From assembly GCA_964016885.1 (NCBI GenBank), contig OZ024741.1, forward strand, positions 328,600,001 to 328,664,000: DNA of 64,000 bases. The letters run 5' to 3'. Under the pieces are notes generated by a model. That model ran no database searches and was not told the DNA's origin. It saw only the letters and a program-made list of their open reading frames with translations. Position numbers and translations under genes: made by a program. The first letter of the stretch is position 1, and each line of letters starts with the position of its first letter. Origin of the DNA: Eledone cirrhosa (taxonomy: Eukaryota). Shown here piece by piece: positions 40,101-51,541 of this stretch.

Positions 40101-42622
40101 ATATCTAGATAGAGTATTTTGTATGGAAATAGATAGGTCTAGCATAGGCTGTCCACAATTCAAGATAGTCAGCTACACGGACCACAAATTCGTGATCTGT
40201 GTGCTTGACTTAGATAGGCTTCATAGACGAGGACCCGGCTACTGGAAGCTAAACGCATCCTTACCAGCGCGTAAGGCCTATAGAGAGCGGATTAGCGAAA
40301 AGTAAGGCGAGCGTTGACGGGGGCCATCGTCAGCAACACGGGGTGGTTTGCTCTGAAAAGAGCGTTTAGAATAGAGTCCATTAGGTTTAGTAAGACTTTA
40401 GCTATAGAGAAAAATAGAGCAGAGGGAGAGCTAGTTAGAAAATTAGACAAGGCGCTTAGCAAAGGCATCGCGACCGACGTACTTGCGGCGAAATTGGCCC
40501 TTGACCAATTCTTCAATGCAAAGCACGAAGGCTGCGTTGTCAGAGCTAGGGTGCGTGCTCTCAGACACGGGGGGACGAAAGCCGTTCAATGGGCCCGAGT
40601 GGCGGAGGCGCGTCGTGGCAACAAAGCTACGATCTGGTCTTTGGTGGACCACGACAGGCGCATGCTACTCGATCACGGGCAAATGTGTGAAGCTTTTCAG
40701 CGACACTTCGCTCAGCTATTCAGGGGCAGCAGCGAGCCGGATTGAGGGATGGACTTTAGTGTCTACCTCGACGGACTGCCGCGGCTCTCAGCCACTGAGG
40801 CGGAGTGTTGCGAAAACCCGATAACAGCCGCTGAAGTACGGGAGGCAATGACTGGCTGCACAAGGGGTAAATCGCCTGGTTTGGATGGTCTGCCCTATGA
40901 ACAGATGCCAGATTTGTTCGGAGGCCTCTTGGTGGACGTCTACTGAAACTGGCAACAGAACGTGAGAATGCCTAGCTCTGTGAGCCGAGGAGCGGTGGCA
41001 CTGCTGAGAAAGGATCCGAACAAGGGGTATAACATAGTTAATTTCAGGCACATAACTCTGCTAAACACAGAGTTCAAGATTTTGGCCAAGCCGCGCGAAC
41101 TAGGATGCGGAAGTTCCGTGTCAGCATATGCGGACGATGTCACCGTAGTGGTCTCGAACGCCAAACATATCGAGGAGATCGGCACTACACTAAGAGAATA
41201 CGAAACGGTGACAGGAGCAATGACCAATCAGGAAAAGTCAGTGGGCCTGCAGCTCGGCACCTGGAGAGGCAGGTCCATTCCGTCCAACAGCGTCGTCGGG
41301 CGCTGGACGGAGGGACCGGTTAAATTGCTAGCGGTCTGATTCGGTCCGGACCTCCAGACGGACAAAAACTGGACCGAGGTGATGAGCAGGGTGGCTTCTC
41401 TCATCCTGAAATGGGCAGAGAGGAAGCTATCCCTGAAAGGTCGAGTGATGGTGGCTAACGCGTACATGCCATCCGTCATCTACTACCGCCTGACCGTCGT
41501 ACGTTGTCCTAAGCCCCGCCTGACTACGCTGGAGCGTTTGCTCTTTCGTTTTTTGTGCAAGGGACGCGCTCCGATGGTCAGGCGGTCTATCTGCTGTCAT
41601 CACCCGCTACGTAGAGAGCTGGGCATGCCGTGGATGATGATGCGCAGACACGCGCTCAGGCTACGACATCTCCACCTCTTCCTCGACGGTGATCAGGTGT
41701 GGTCGTCGTTTGCTAGACGCATCTTTCCCCAGCTTGTCTACTTGACGGAGCTGCAGTCCTGGGTCAAGCGAAGACCGAGAGGGAGCGCTTGGAGATTGGA
41801 ATGTCTTCAGGCGCTCACAGCCCTCGACCAATCGGGCAATGTGATCGGTGGAAACTCCACCTTGGCGTTCTATAGAGGATTAGTGGAGGGGAAGTGCGAC
41901 GACGTACTTGGGGAAACTCTAGGCGGCGTCGAAAATCAACTAGCCAATCTCGACGGAAGAACTTTCGGGCCGGGGCCTATGCACAACTTCCAGAAACCCC
42001 TGGCCTGGCAGTGCTACCGAGGAGCTTTGCTAGTTTGGGATAAACTCTAAAGGCATGGAGGTGCCGTCAGCCGGGAATGTCCGAGATGCGCGCAGGGCGA
42101 CGAAACCGTCCTGCACGCACTCGTCCAGTATCCGAGCATTTCTGACTTGTGAGTTTATGTCGAACACCTGCTGTCGCGTGTAGGACGGATCCAGCTATCA
42201 GCTGAGTCCATCACTTACCTCTTCGGTGATGCCCTGATTAACTTTTTCAAATTTCATTTGAAAAGGAAAATCAGGGTAGAAAGGGAAGTGCTCTCTTCCC
42301 AGCATTTTGTTGAAAGATGGGTGAGAGAGGCAAGAATGACCCGAGTGAATGGGCCTACTCTGAGTATGTAAATTAAAGGTGGAAAACTGGGAGAGGGCAC
42401 TTGCCCTGGTGGTCAGGGTCACTGTGGCTTTTTAATGGGCTTTTTCCACGAATGTCCCTAGGAAGTCTCCCCCGATTTGGGGAATTTGTCATTGTTATTT
42501 TTTAGTTACATCCTCTGTTTTTGTTTTTTACACGCATAAATGCCCGTTTGTACCGTCCTGTATTGCCCTGTACTGTCCTTAATGTCTACTTTATATAAAC
42601 CCTTATGGTTAATAAAGAAAGA
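37109..42622 (+). mobile_element. Tx1 type B, full-length, decayed
   Basis: Starts after (TTA)n; ORF1 with Ser/Asn-rich N-terminus and CFRCGSKTHLRAFC; ORF2 from 39502 with frameshifts, a deletion of about 420 bp at 41090 and another at about 42212; ends AATAAAGAAA. Confidence 0.93.
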
Positions 42623-42792
42623 ATTATTATTGTTCTTTTTTTCTTCTTCTGCCTCCTCCTTCTGCATCATTCTTAAATTAGAAACGATTATTTGAAGCTA
42701 ATATATGTGTGTGTGTGCTTTCCCCTCCCAAATATTACTGAATTTGTGCCTGCACTAGATATCATTATTGTGGTCGTTTGCATTGGAAAACA

Positions 42793-43641
42793 TACATTTT
42801 AAATTTCCAATTTTCTGAATTCTACTTTTCATCAACCGCCTTTTTCCTATATATATATATACTATTAATAATGAGTTCAAACCTCACGCAGTCCTTTACA
42901 ATGAAATAGCTCAAAGAAATATTTCCGAGCCGTGTAATACAAGTTAATATAAATTAATATATTTGATAAACACAAATACCAACATATCCGTGTTTGTATT
43001 GTAAACGACTAACGTTAGCTAGATTGAAAAATACTAATTATAATAATATAGTTTGCCTGTCTCGATTTAAAATAATAAATCAATAAAAACAAAGCATATT
43101 GGCAAATGGCCGTGGTACTTGGACAAATTTAAATTTCAAAATCAAACCTGTTCCGTAGACAGGTTTAAACCTTAAAATCCAAATATGTTTCGAAAAATGT
43201 AAAAAGTGGAAGAATACCGCATTCTATCTCCTCAGCAAGCACCAGAAAAATTGATATGTTCCACTTCAAAATATTTAAAAAGACTGTTTAACGCACATGG
43301 TTTTTCACATACGGTTATCCAGTGTCTAGCTGCCCCATACTCGTGCTGCTAGAAATAACAGCCGTTTATATGGGGCTAAATTTAGCTCTACGTAAGGAGC
43401 AGTGATACAATTAATAATGAGTTCAAACCTGAGGCAGTTCTTTACAATGAAATATAAATTAATATGAAATTTAAATTTGTCCAATCAAATTTGTTTTTAT
43501 TGATTTATTATTTTAAATCGAGACAGGCAAACTGTATTATTATAATTAGTATTTTTCAATCTAGCTAACTTTAGTCGTTTACAATACAAACACGGATATG
43601 TTGGTATTTGTGTGTATCAAATATATTAATTTATATTAACT

Positions 43642-43713
<72 letters not shown>

Positions 43714-43761
43714 AAAAAAGCGGTTGATAAAAAGTAGAATTCAGAAAATTGGAAATTTAAA

Positions 43762-43766
<5 letters not shown>
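42793..43766. repeat. Foldback structure: inverted arms 42793-42860/43710-43766 and 42936-43093/43490-43646
   Basis: Reverse-complement matches read directly; also a direct repeat ATTAATAATGAGTTCAAACCT..TTTACAATGAAATA at 42864 and 43410. Confidence 0.85.
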
Positions 43767-43801
<35 letters not shown>

Positions 43802-44047
43802 TTGCGAGGTTTTTTATATGAAATCGTGTGTCGAAACAAATATTGTTATACTTGGGGAGGGTCATATTTGTGTAATATTGCAAGAATTAATAACAGAACA
43901 CACTCACTGTTTGGTTGGTTTTCGCTTTTCGCTTCTGTGTCTTTTATATCGGTAATCTAATTTATTCGGTCCTCAATGTTGCCATTTACTGACCAACGGT
44001 CAAAAATAATACAGATACAATATAGACACAAACACATATATATAGTT

Positions 44048-44090
44048 TATCAAAGTTCTTTCGTTGCACATCTGCAACATCGTCAGTGGT
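44048..44090 (-). ncRNA. Hammerhead ribozyme motif
   Basis: Minus: ACCA-CTGACGA-T-GTTGCA GATG TGCAAC-GAAAG AA CTT-TGAT; 6-bp stem II, imperfect stem I. Confidence 0.75.
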
Positions 44091-44358
44091 GCTAGTGTTT
44101 CCTCCCGTTACATTGTATGTCTACGCCATTTTTATTTAGTCTGTCTATATATTTATTTATTTATTTGTTTGTTTGTTTATTTTATTTTGTCTTCTTTGCG
44201 CATGCGTTTGCGTGTGTGTATAGTGTTTTGTTTGATGTGTGTTCGTGATTGGGTGAATGTGTATCGGTTAATGTATTCTATATTTACTAGTGTGTGTTTA
44301 TATGTCTTTGTTGTTATTGTGCTTGTGTATGTATTTATTTATCTATTTATTTATTTAT

Positions 44359-45329
44359 TTATACTTCTCTTAGGTCAGTGTTGTTTGTTTGGGTGTTGTT
44401 GTTATTCCATTCATTCTTTCTGTTTAATCTTGGCCTTCTAAGTTCTATTTCAATGGCCTCTCTGATTTGCCTATCTGCTGGGTCATTTCTATGTTTAGAT
44501 ATTATTCTAATCTCTATGTTGTCTATGTTACCGTTGTGTTGTTGTCTGGCATGTTCGTATAGTACTGACCTGTTTTTTCGTCCTTTTAGTTCCCCCCAGT
44601 GTTGGTCTATCCTTTCACCTATGCTACGAGCTGTCTCGCCTATGTATGTTGTTGTCATGTTTCTGCAAGTACCCTCTGTACATCTTATGCTATAGACTAC
44701 GTTTCTAGTTTTACAGTTTATCCGGGGGTTTACCTTACATATGATACATTTCCTATTAGTACAGTGGGTTTTTTTAAAAGGGTATGTTTTGCTGATCAGA
44801 GATTTTATGGTAGTTCCTGGCCTTTCTACCACTTTAATCTTTAAGTGGGTCTTTCTCAGGGCCTTTCTACACTGGTTAGCTAATTTCCATCCAGGGGTAG
44901 CGTCCACAAACATGACACTCTGGTATCTCTGGTTGTCGTACCATGAGGAGGCTTTCCCTAACTTATGTTTAGTCCTATCTAAGCTATTCCATGATTTGCT
45001 CCTGTATAATGGGCAAATTCCTTTCATGTCCAGTTCTATGAGGGTTTTATACTTCTCCATGGCTCCTTCGTATACTCTGACTCTGTCTCTTTGGTTGTAG
45101 CCAGAGAACTGCATGCGGTGGATGAAGTGTTGGATGTGTCTTTCCATTTCTGTTGGGTCGCACATGCGGGACACATTATTCATCACTCGTACCAAATCTG
45201 CGATCAGAATATTAAACTTAGCACTACTGGACATTGCTGAGTTTTTGAGTATCAGGTATTTGGAGGCCATGGGTTTAGCATAGTGTGAGTGGAGAATTTG
45301 GGCTCTCTCGTCTATAGTGTTAATCGTGT
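44359..45329 (-). CDS. PLE RT thumb + GIY-YIG endonuclease (open but 5'-truncated)
   Basis: HYAKPMAS...CTNRKCIIC...C..RNVVYSIRC...YIGETARSIGER..QH...RQIREA..LN; the first about 23 aa of the called ORF come from the inverted pLTR. Confidence 0.85.
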
Positions 45330-45509
45330 CTATATATATGTGTTTGTGTCTATATTGTATCTGTATGATTTTTAACCGTTGGTCAGTCAATGGCAACATT
45401 GAGGACCGAATAAATTAGATTACCGATATAAAAGACACAGAAGCGAAAAGCGAAAACCAACCAAACAGTGAGTGTGTTCTGTTATTAATTCTGGCATTAT
45501 TACACAAAT

Positions 45510-46232
45510 ATGACCCTCCCCAAGTATAACAATTTATCTCTCGTCCACACCGCTCTCATCCGCGCCCGTGCTATCCCCCGCTCCACCACCCTTACCCCAC
45601 GCCACCGCACACCCACCCACCGTCTCCCCTTCCCCATCACCTACCACCCCTCCACCGCACCCCTCCACCGCACCATCCGCCGCCTCTTCCGACCCCTCCA
45701 CCTCCCACATCTTCCCAACCCCACCACTCCCCTCCTTCAAACGCGCACGCAATCTCCGCACCCTCCTCGTCCACAGCTCCCTACCCCCCAACCCACGCTC
45801 CGTTCCCCCCCCCCCGGTTCCTTCCCCTGTTCTAGGCCCCGCTGCAACACCTGTCCCCACATCACCAACACCACCACCTTCCAGGGTCCCAACGGCCACC
45901 CTCTCTCGGTCCGGCATGCCTTCCGCTGCACCTCCTCCAACCTAGTCTACGGACTTCATTGCACGAGGTGCAGCGCGACTTATGTCGGACAGACGGGACG
46001 CCGCCTGGCGGACCGAGTGACGGAGCACCTCCGGGACATTCGTCTCGGGGGCAGTTCCCCCATAGCCCGCCACTTTGGTGGCCCTGGACACTCCGCACGC
46101 CATCTCACAGTCTGTGGCCTACTCCAGTGCCACGGTACACCCGCCCATCGCCTTACGGTCGAACAACGTACTATCTTCATCTTACAGACCCACACTCCCC
46201 CCGGCCTGAACTCCCCACCCTTATTCCTTTAG
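45510..46232 (+). CDS. Chimeric ORF: Naiad N-terminal MTLPKYNN fused to Neptune linker + GIY-YIG
   Basis: First 8 codons lie in the inverted Naiad pLTR; the rest is Neptune-like; one internal frameshift in the linker is likely. Confidence 0.65.
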   Translation: MTLPKYNNLSLVHTALIRARAIPRSTTLTPRHRTPTHRLPFPITYHPSTAPLHRTIRRLFRPLHLPHLPNPTTPLLQTRTQSPHPPRPQLPTPQPTLRSPPPGSFPCSRPRCNTCPHITNTTTFQGPNGHPLSVRHAFRCTSSNLVYGLHCTRCSATYVGQTGRRLADRVTEHLRDIRLGGSSPIARHFGGPGHSARHLTVCGLLQCHGTPAHRLTVEQRTIFILQTHTPPGLNSPPLFL

Positions 46233-47678
46233 CGTTCGACCGCCCCCCTCCCCCACTTATCCCCCACTAACACCACTAACACACCCCTCCTTTTCACCGC
46301 CCACCCCACACTAACAATACGAACACCTCCACTCCACTCCACCCCTCATCTGACCACCCTTCCCCAACTAACATACTAACATCCCTTCCCTCCCCTCTTC
46401 TCCTCCTCCCCCTCCTTATCACACGCACACACTTACACCACCCACCCCACACGCAACTAACATCACTAACACCCTCCAACCCCACGCACACGTACCCACA
46501 CACCCTCGTACACCACCAACTCTACACACCCTACCCCCACTAACCCCCACTCACACCTGCATTCCACCCCTCCCCACCTCCCGTCTACTAACACCCACTA
46601 ACACCTCCTCACCAAACTACACACACACCAGTACACCACACTCCCTCCATAGAACCACACACACCCTTCTCTCCCCACTCCACACTCACTCATCCCACTA
46701 ACACCCCTACTAATACACACACACACACACACACACACCCTCCTCACTCCAACTCTCACACCTACCCATCCTTGCCTCCCTACCATTCCGCTGACTGCTG
46801 CTATGCCCTTCCGACCACTGTCTCAGCACCAACTGACCACAGCACTTCCACTGCTGACCACTTCCTGTTGCGCGCGCACCCCACATCTCTCCTCTTCCGA
46901 CCACCGCTTCTTGGATTACCCACACGCGTTTTAACTTCCAACCAAAATCTCCATACATCCGTGTAACTTACCACTTTCAACCATCGTCTTACACCACCAC
47001 CTATATAACTCACCCACACACACATCCCAAAACAATTTTTTTTATCCACACGCCACCCACACTCACAACACGCTTAAACCACACACACGTGCTTCCCACC
47101 ACATATTTACACCCTCAGCCCCCTGATTGCTCTCCCCCCACCCCTATCCACACACGCACAGACCCTCCGACACACAAAAACACCCCCCACACACACCTTC
47201 CTGAACATGCAACCCCGTTCTTCCTCCAACCCTCACTTTCACATACACACACGCACACCTAACCACACACACCACCTTCAGCCCTCCCCGCTCGGACACC
47301 CCGTCTCCCTCTCCCCACTCCACCCGCCACCACCTCTACTCACCCCACACCCTTCCACCACCTGTTTACCCCCCTTTTAATTTCAGTTTATTTTGATCAT
47401 GCCTTTATTTTTAAATGTTCTCATTCCTTGTATTTTGATCATGCTTTATTTTTATTTATTATTTATTATATTTTTGTCTTTATTTGTTAATTTTTCATTC
47501 GCACCGTTTCCTTTCGCTATATGTCTCTCCACCACTCCCCTACACACCTTTTGAACTCTCACCTGAAGTAGGGCTTATGCCCGAAACGTCGTCCCCCACC
47601 TACCCCCCACTCCCCTGAGCGTGAATTTAATAAACATTTGTCGTACTGCCTCTCTGTTCTGTCCCTGTTCAATTTTTC

Positions 47679-47680
<2 letters not shown>
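45537..47680 (+). mobile_element. Penelope-like element (Neptune-like), 5'-truncated, extremely C-rich
   Basis: PITYHP, PCSRPRCNTC linker, NLVYGLHCTRC..YVGQTGRRL..R..EH...P.GLN; long 3' region, hammerhead-like motif, AATAAA, then (TA)n. Confidence 0.88.
47561..47592 (+). ncRNA. Minimal hammerhead-like motif with one core variant
   Basis: AC-CTGAAGTA-GGGC TTAT GCCC-GAAAC-GTC-GT; palindromic ACGT stem III. Confidence 0.65.
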
Positions 47681-47732
<52 letters not shown>

Positions 47733-47827
47733 CTTATATATGTAAACATACATACTTACATATGTATATATATATGTGTGTGTATGTGTGTGCGTGTGTG
47801 TGTGTGTGTGTGTGTATGTGTGTGTGT

Positions 47828-47872
<45 letters not shown>

Positions 47873-47909
47873 TGTGTGTGTGTATCAGGGTATCTATGTA
47901 TTATGTACA

Positions 47910-48060
47910 TACCGTATTTCTAGGCGTCGAAATAAGTCTCAAAAATCTTCCATGCGTACTGGATGCCGAAACTTGTTTATTAGTTTTTTCAAATGTTTGT
48001 TTATCAAAATTAGGGCGCGTCCTCGATGATGAAGCGTCTTCAACGCTCTAAGTACACAGT
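47910..48060. mobile_element. Decayed pogo/Tigger-like MITE
   Basis: Left end TACCGTATTTCTAGGCGTCGAA and right end GCGTCTTCAACGCTCTAAGTACACAGT resemble TACCGTATTT...AAATACGGTA termini. Confidence 0.45.
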
Positions 48061-48074
48061 TAAAGTTTTATTTA

Positions 48075-48262
48075 TGTATAAAAAGTTCTCAACACATATG
48101 TATTCTACCTAAGGCTTCAAACCCCAACTAGCATGGGACATAGAACTTCTATATCAGCTAAGTTAGTTATCTTCAAGCTAGCAGGTTTAGAATGTTTTTT
48201 TCCTATGCTAGTTAGAGCGTGAAACCTAAAGTAGTGTAAATATGTGTTGAGAATTTATGCAC
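48075..48262. mobile_element. Small foldback/MITE
   Basis: TTCTCAACACATAT/ATATGTGTTGAGAA and AACTAGCATGGGA/TCCTATGCTAGTT inverted pairs. Confidence 0.6.
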
Positions 48263-48300
48263 AGATATACACACACCCACAAATAGCTACATATATATAA

Positions 48301-48388
<88 letters not shown>

Positions 48389-48571
48389 ACACACACATAT
48401 ATATATATATATAATATATATAATGTGAATAATGGTCTATCTATTTTAATACTGGTCCAATCCTGATATATATATATATATATAGTAAGTTATTCCGGGT
48501 TGCATCTGAGGTAACCACAGTAGGTAAGGTACTTAATACATAGCAGAGTATAAAAGTTTTAATATAGATGA

Positions 48572-48620
48572 GATTCTACAGGACTAGAACTGTTTCATTC
48601 TTTAGAAATCATCAGGAATC
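48572..48620 (-). ncRNA. Type I hammerhead ribozyme motif
   Basis: Reverse complement of 48858-48906 with about one difference in loop III. Confidence 0.8.
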
Positions 48621-48857
48621 TGGCTTTCCAAAATAAATGTTGTGGTATTTATATCTTTTCAGGTGGTAGGAGGGGGTGGGGAGTGGGATGGGTGGAGGTC
48701 ATTGGTTAAAATCTGAACTTGTTTATAGAATTCTTTCTGCCTTTGTCAATCTAAATATAAATAATAGCTTTAACGAATTAGCTTTTAATGAATTCCCTTT
48801 TCTTTCAACCAATGACCTCCACCCATCCACTTCCACAACATTTATTTTGGAAAGCCA

Positions 48858-48906
48858 GATTCCTGATGATTTCTAAAGAATGAAACAGTTCTAGTACTGT
48901 AGAATC
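48858..48906 (+). ncRNA. Type I hammerhead ribozyme motif
   Basis: GATTC-CTGATGA-TTTC TAAA GAAT-GAA-ACAGT TCTAGT ACTGT-A-GAATC: 5-bp stem I, 5-bp stem III, GUA site. Confidence 0.85.
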
Positions 48907-48909
48907 TCA

Positions 48910-48972
<63 letters not shown>

Positions 48973-49123
48973 ATACTTTGGGAGGGTCATGTTGCCAATA
49001 AGAAACACACGCACCAGTTGCTTTCACTTCAATTTAATTTATTAAATATTTATAAATTTACAAATTTATAAATTTCTGGTTGGTTGGTTGGTTCCACAAC
49101 CAGATAGTTGTTTATATATATAT

Positions 49124-49168
49124 AGTCATAGTTCTTTCGTCACACACTCTGTGACCTCTTCAGTGACT
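49124..49168 (-). ncRNA. Hammerhead ribozyme motif, mirror copy
   Basis: Reverse complement of 51284-51328. Confidence 0.85.
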
Positions 49169-49473
49169 GGGGATTTCTTTCTTCGTTTCTGTGCCTTTCC
49201 TTTCTTCTATCCTACGCCATTTTGTTTGTGTGGGGGTTGCGTGCTCAGTTTGCGCATGCGCCACATCCGGGTGTCTGTGTGTGTTTGTGTTCATTTTTCT
49301 ATTTTTCTATTTATATTTTTCTATTTGTTTGTTTATTTATTTATTTATTGTTGGTTGGTTGTTTGTTCTATGTGTGTGTGTGTTTTCATTTTGTCTTGTG
49401 TGTGTTTTCATTTTGTGTGTGTTTTCAATTGTAAGTTGTTTGTTCTATGTGTGTGTGTGTTTTCATTTTGTCC

Positions 49474-50007
49474 TTAATTGTAAGTTGTGATGTTGCTGTT
49501 CCACTCATATTTTCTATTTAATTTTGGTTTTAATTCTTTTATGCTTACTGCCTCTGTAATTTGCCTAAACATTGCGTCTTTCTTGTGTGTGGATTCTATT
49601 TTTATTTCTATGCTCTCTAATTTACCCCTGTGTTCTATCTTAGCATGTTGGTAGAGCACAGATGATTCTTTACTATCTTGGAGGTCTCGCCAGTGTTCAT
49701 TTATTCGTTCCCCTATACTACGAGCTGTCTCACCTATGTACACTACATTTTTGTTTCTACATTGTCCTTCAGTACATCTTATGCTATATACTACATTTCT
49801 AGTTTTACAGTTAATATGGGGGCTTATTTTACAGGTTATACATTTCTTATCTATACATGAGGGTCTTTGGAACGGGTATGTCTTGCTAATAAGTGTTTTT
49901 ACGGAGGTACCAGGTCTTTCTACTATCTTAATATTGAGATTATGTTTCTTTAGGGCCCTTCTAAATTTGTAGGCTAGTTCGCCTCTAGGGGTTGTATTGA
50001 TGAACAT
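49474..50007 (-). CDS. GIY-YIG endonuclease domain, mirror copy
   Basis: Reverse complement of 50445-50978. Confidence 0.85.
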   Translation of the reverse strand: MFINTTPRGELAYKFRRALKKHNLNIKIVERPGTSVKTLISKTYPFQRPSCIDKKCITCKISPHINCKTRNVVYSIRCTEGQCRNKNVVYIGETARSIGERINEHWRDLQDSKESSVLYQHAKIEHRGKLESIEIKIESTHKKDAMFRQITEAVSIKELKPKLNRKYEWNSNITTYN

Positions 50008-50444
50008 TACACTCTGGTATTTATTGCTATCATACCATGAGTTTATTCTATTGGCCTTGTTCTTAGTTCTTTCTATTCTAGTTCTTTCTATTCTAGAATA
50101 GAAAGAACTAAGAACAAGGCCAATAGAATAAACTCATGGTATGATAGCAATAAATACCAGAGTGTAATGTTCATCAATACAACCCCTAGAGGCGAACTAG
50201 CCTACAAATTTAGAAGGGCCCTAAAGAAACATAATCTCAATATTAAGATAGTAGAAAGACCTGGTACCTCCGTATTGATGAACATTACACTCTGGTATTT
50301 ATTGCTATCATACCATGAGTTTATTCTATTGGCCTTGTTCTTAGTTCTTTCTATTCTAGTTCTTTCTATTCTAGAATAGAAAGAACTAAGAACAAGGCCA
50401 ATAGAATAAACTCATGGTATGATAGCAATAAATACCAGAGTGTA

Positions 50445-50978
50445 ATGTTCATCAATACAACCCCTAGAGGCGAACTAGCCTACAAATTTAGAAGGGCCCT
50501 AAAGAAACATAATCTCAATATTAAGATAGTAGAAAGACCTGGTACCTCCGTAAAAACACTTATTAGCAAGACATACCCGTTCCAAAGACCCTCATGTATA
50601 GATAAGAAATGTATAACCTGTAAAATAAGCCCCCATATTAACTGTAAAACTAGAAATGTAGTATATAGCATAAGATGTACTGAAGGACAATGTAGAAACA
50701 AAAATGTAGTGTACATAGGTGAGACAGCTCGTAGTATAGGGGAACGAATAAATGAACACTGGCGAGACCTCCAAGATAGTAAAGAATCATCTGTGCTCTA
50801 CCAACATGCTAAGATAGAACACAGGGGTAAATTAGAGAGCATAGAAATAAAAATAGAATCCACACACAAGAAAGACACAATGTTTAGGCAAATTACAGAG
50901 GCAGTAAGCATAAAAGAATTAAAACCAAAATTAAATAGAAAATATGAGTGGAACAGCAACATCACAACTTACAATTAA
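50445..50978 (+). CDS. GIY-YIG endonuclease domain of a Naiad-like PLE (5'-truncated)
   Basis: CIDKKCITC...NVVYSIRC...YIGETARSIGERINEH...RQITEA...LN; homologous to 44359-45329. Confidence 0.85.
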   Translation: MFINTTPRGELAYKFRRALKKHNLNIKIVERPGTSVKTLISKTYPFQRPSCIDKKCITCKISPHINCKTRNVVYSIRCTEGQCRNKNVVYIGETARSIGERINEHWRDLQDSKESSVLYQHAKIEHRGKLESIEIKIESTHKKDTMFRQITEAVSIKELKPKLNRKYEWNSNITTYN

Positions 50979-51181
50979 GGACAAAATGAAAACACACACA
51001 CACATAGAACAAACAACTTACAATTGAAAACACACACAAAATGAAAACACACACAAGACAAAATGAAAACACACACACACATAGAACAAACAACCAACCA
51101 ACAATAAATAAATAAATAAACAAACAAATAGAAAAATATAAATAGAAAAATAGAAAAATGAACACAAACACACACAGACAC

Positions 51182-51240
51182 CCGGATGTGGCGCATGCGC
51201 AAACTGAGCACGCAACCCACACACAAACAAAATGGCGTAG
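51182..51240 (+). promoter_or_regulatory. Putative pLTR promoter: ETS-, NRF1- and YY1-like motifs
   Basis: CCGGATGT, GCGCATGCGC, AAAATGGCG upstream of the hammerhead; the NRF1- and YY1-like motifs recur at 44198-44206 and 44124-44133. Confidence 0.55.
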
Positions 51241-51283
51241 GATAGAAGAAAGGAAAGGCACAGAAACGAAGAAAGAAATCCCC

Positions 51284-51328
51284 AGTCACTGAAGAGGTCA
51301 CAGAGTGTGTGACGAAAGAACTATGACT
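51284..51328 (+). ncRNA. Hammerhead ribozyme motif
   Basis: AGTCA-CTGAAGA-G-GTCACA GAGTG TGTGAC-GAAAG AA CTA-TGACT: perfect 5-bp stem I and 6-bp stem II. Confidence 0.85.
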
Positions 51329-51541
51329 ATATATATATAAACAACTATCTGGTTGTGGAACCAACCAACCAACCAGAAATTTATAAATTTGTAAATTTAT
51401 AAATATTTAATAAATTAAATTGAAGTGAAAGCAACTGGTGCGTGTGTTTCTTATTGGCAACATGACCCTCCCAAAGTATAACAATATCGGTTTCAACACA
51501 CGATTTCAGATAAAGAATCTTGCTAAACAAATTCAGAAACG

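Larger units (their letters stand above)
43799..45533 (-). mobile_element. Penelope-like element (Naiad-like), 5'-truncated, with inverted partial pLTR
   Basis: ORF with HYAKPMAS and C-terminal GIY-YIG; pLTR 43799-44350 with hammerhead; inverted copy 45330-45533 matches 43842-44045. Confidence 0.88.

Noticed and set aside
42205-42222. Deletion in Tx1-B as a spliced antisense intron
   Set aside because: The antisense GTAAGT is retained, not removed.
44359-50978. Selenocysteine/SECIS as in some Naiads
   Set aside because: No in-frame TGA in the retained ORF parts and no convincing SECIS downstream.
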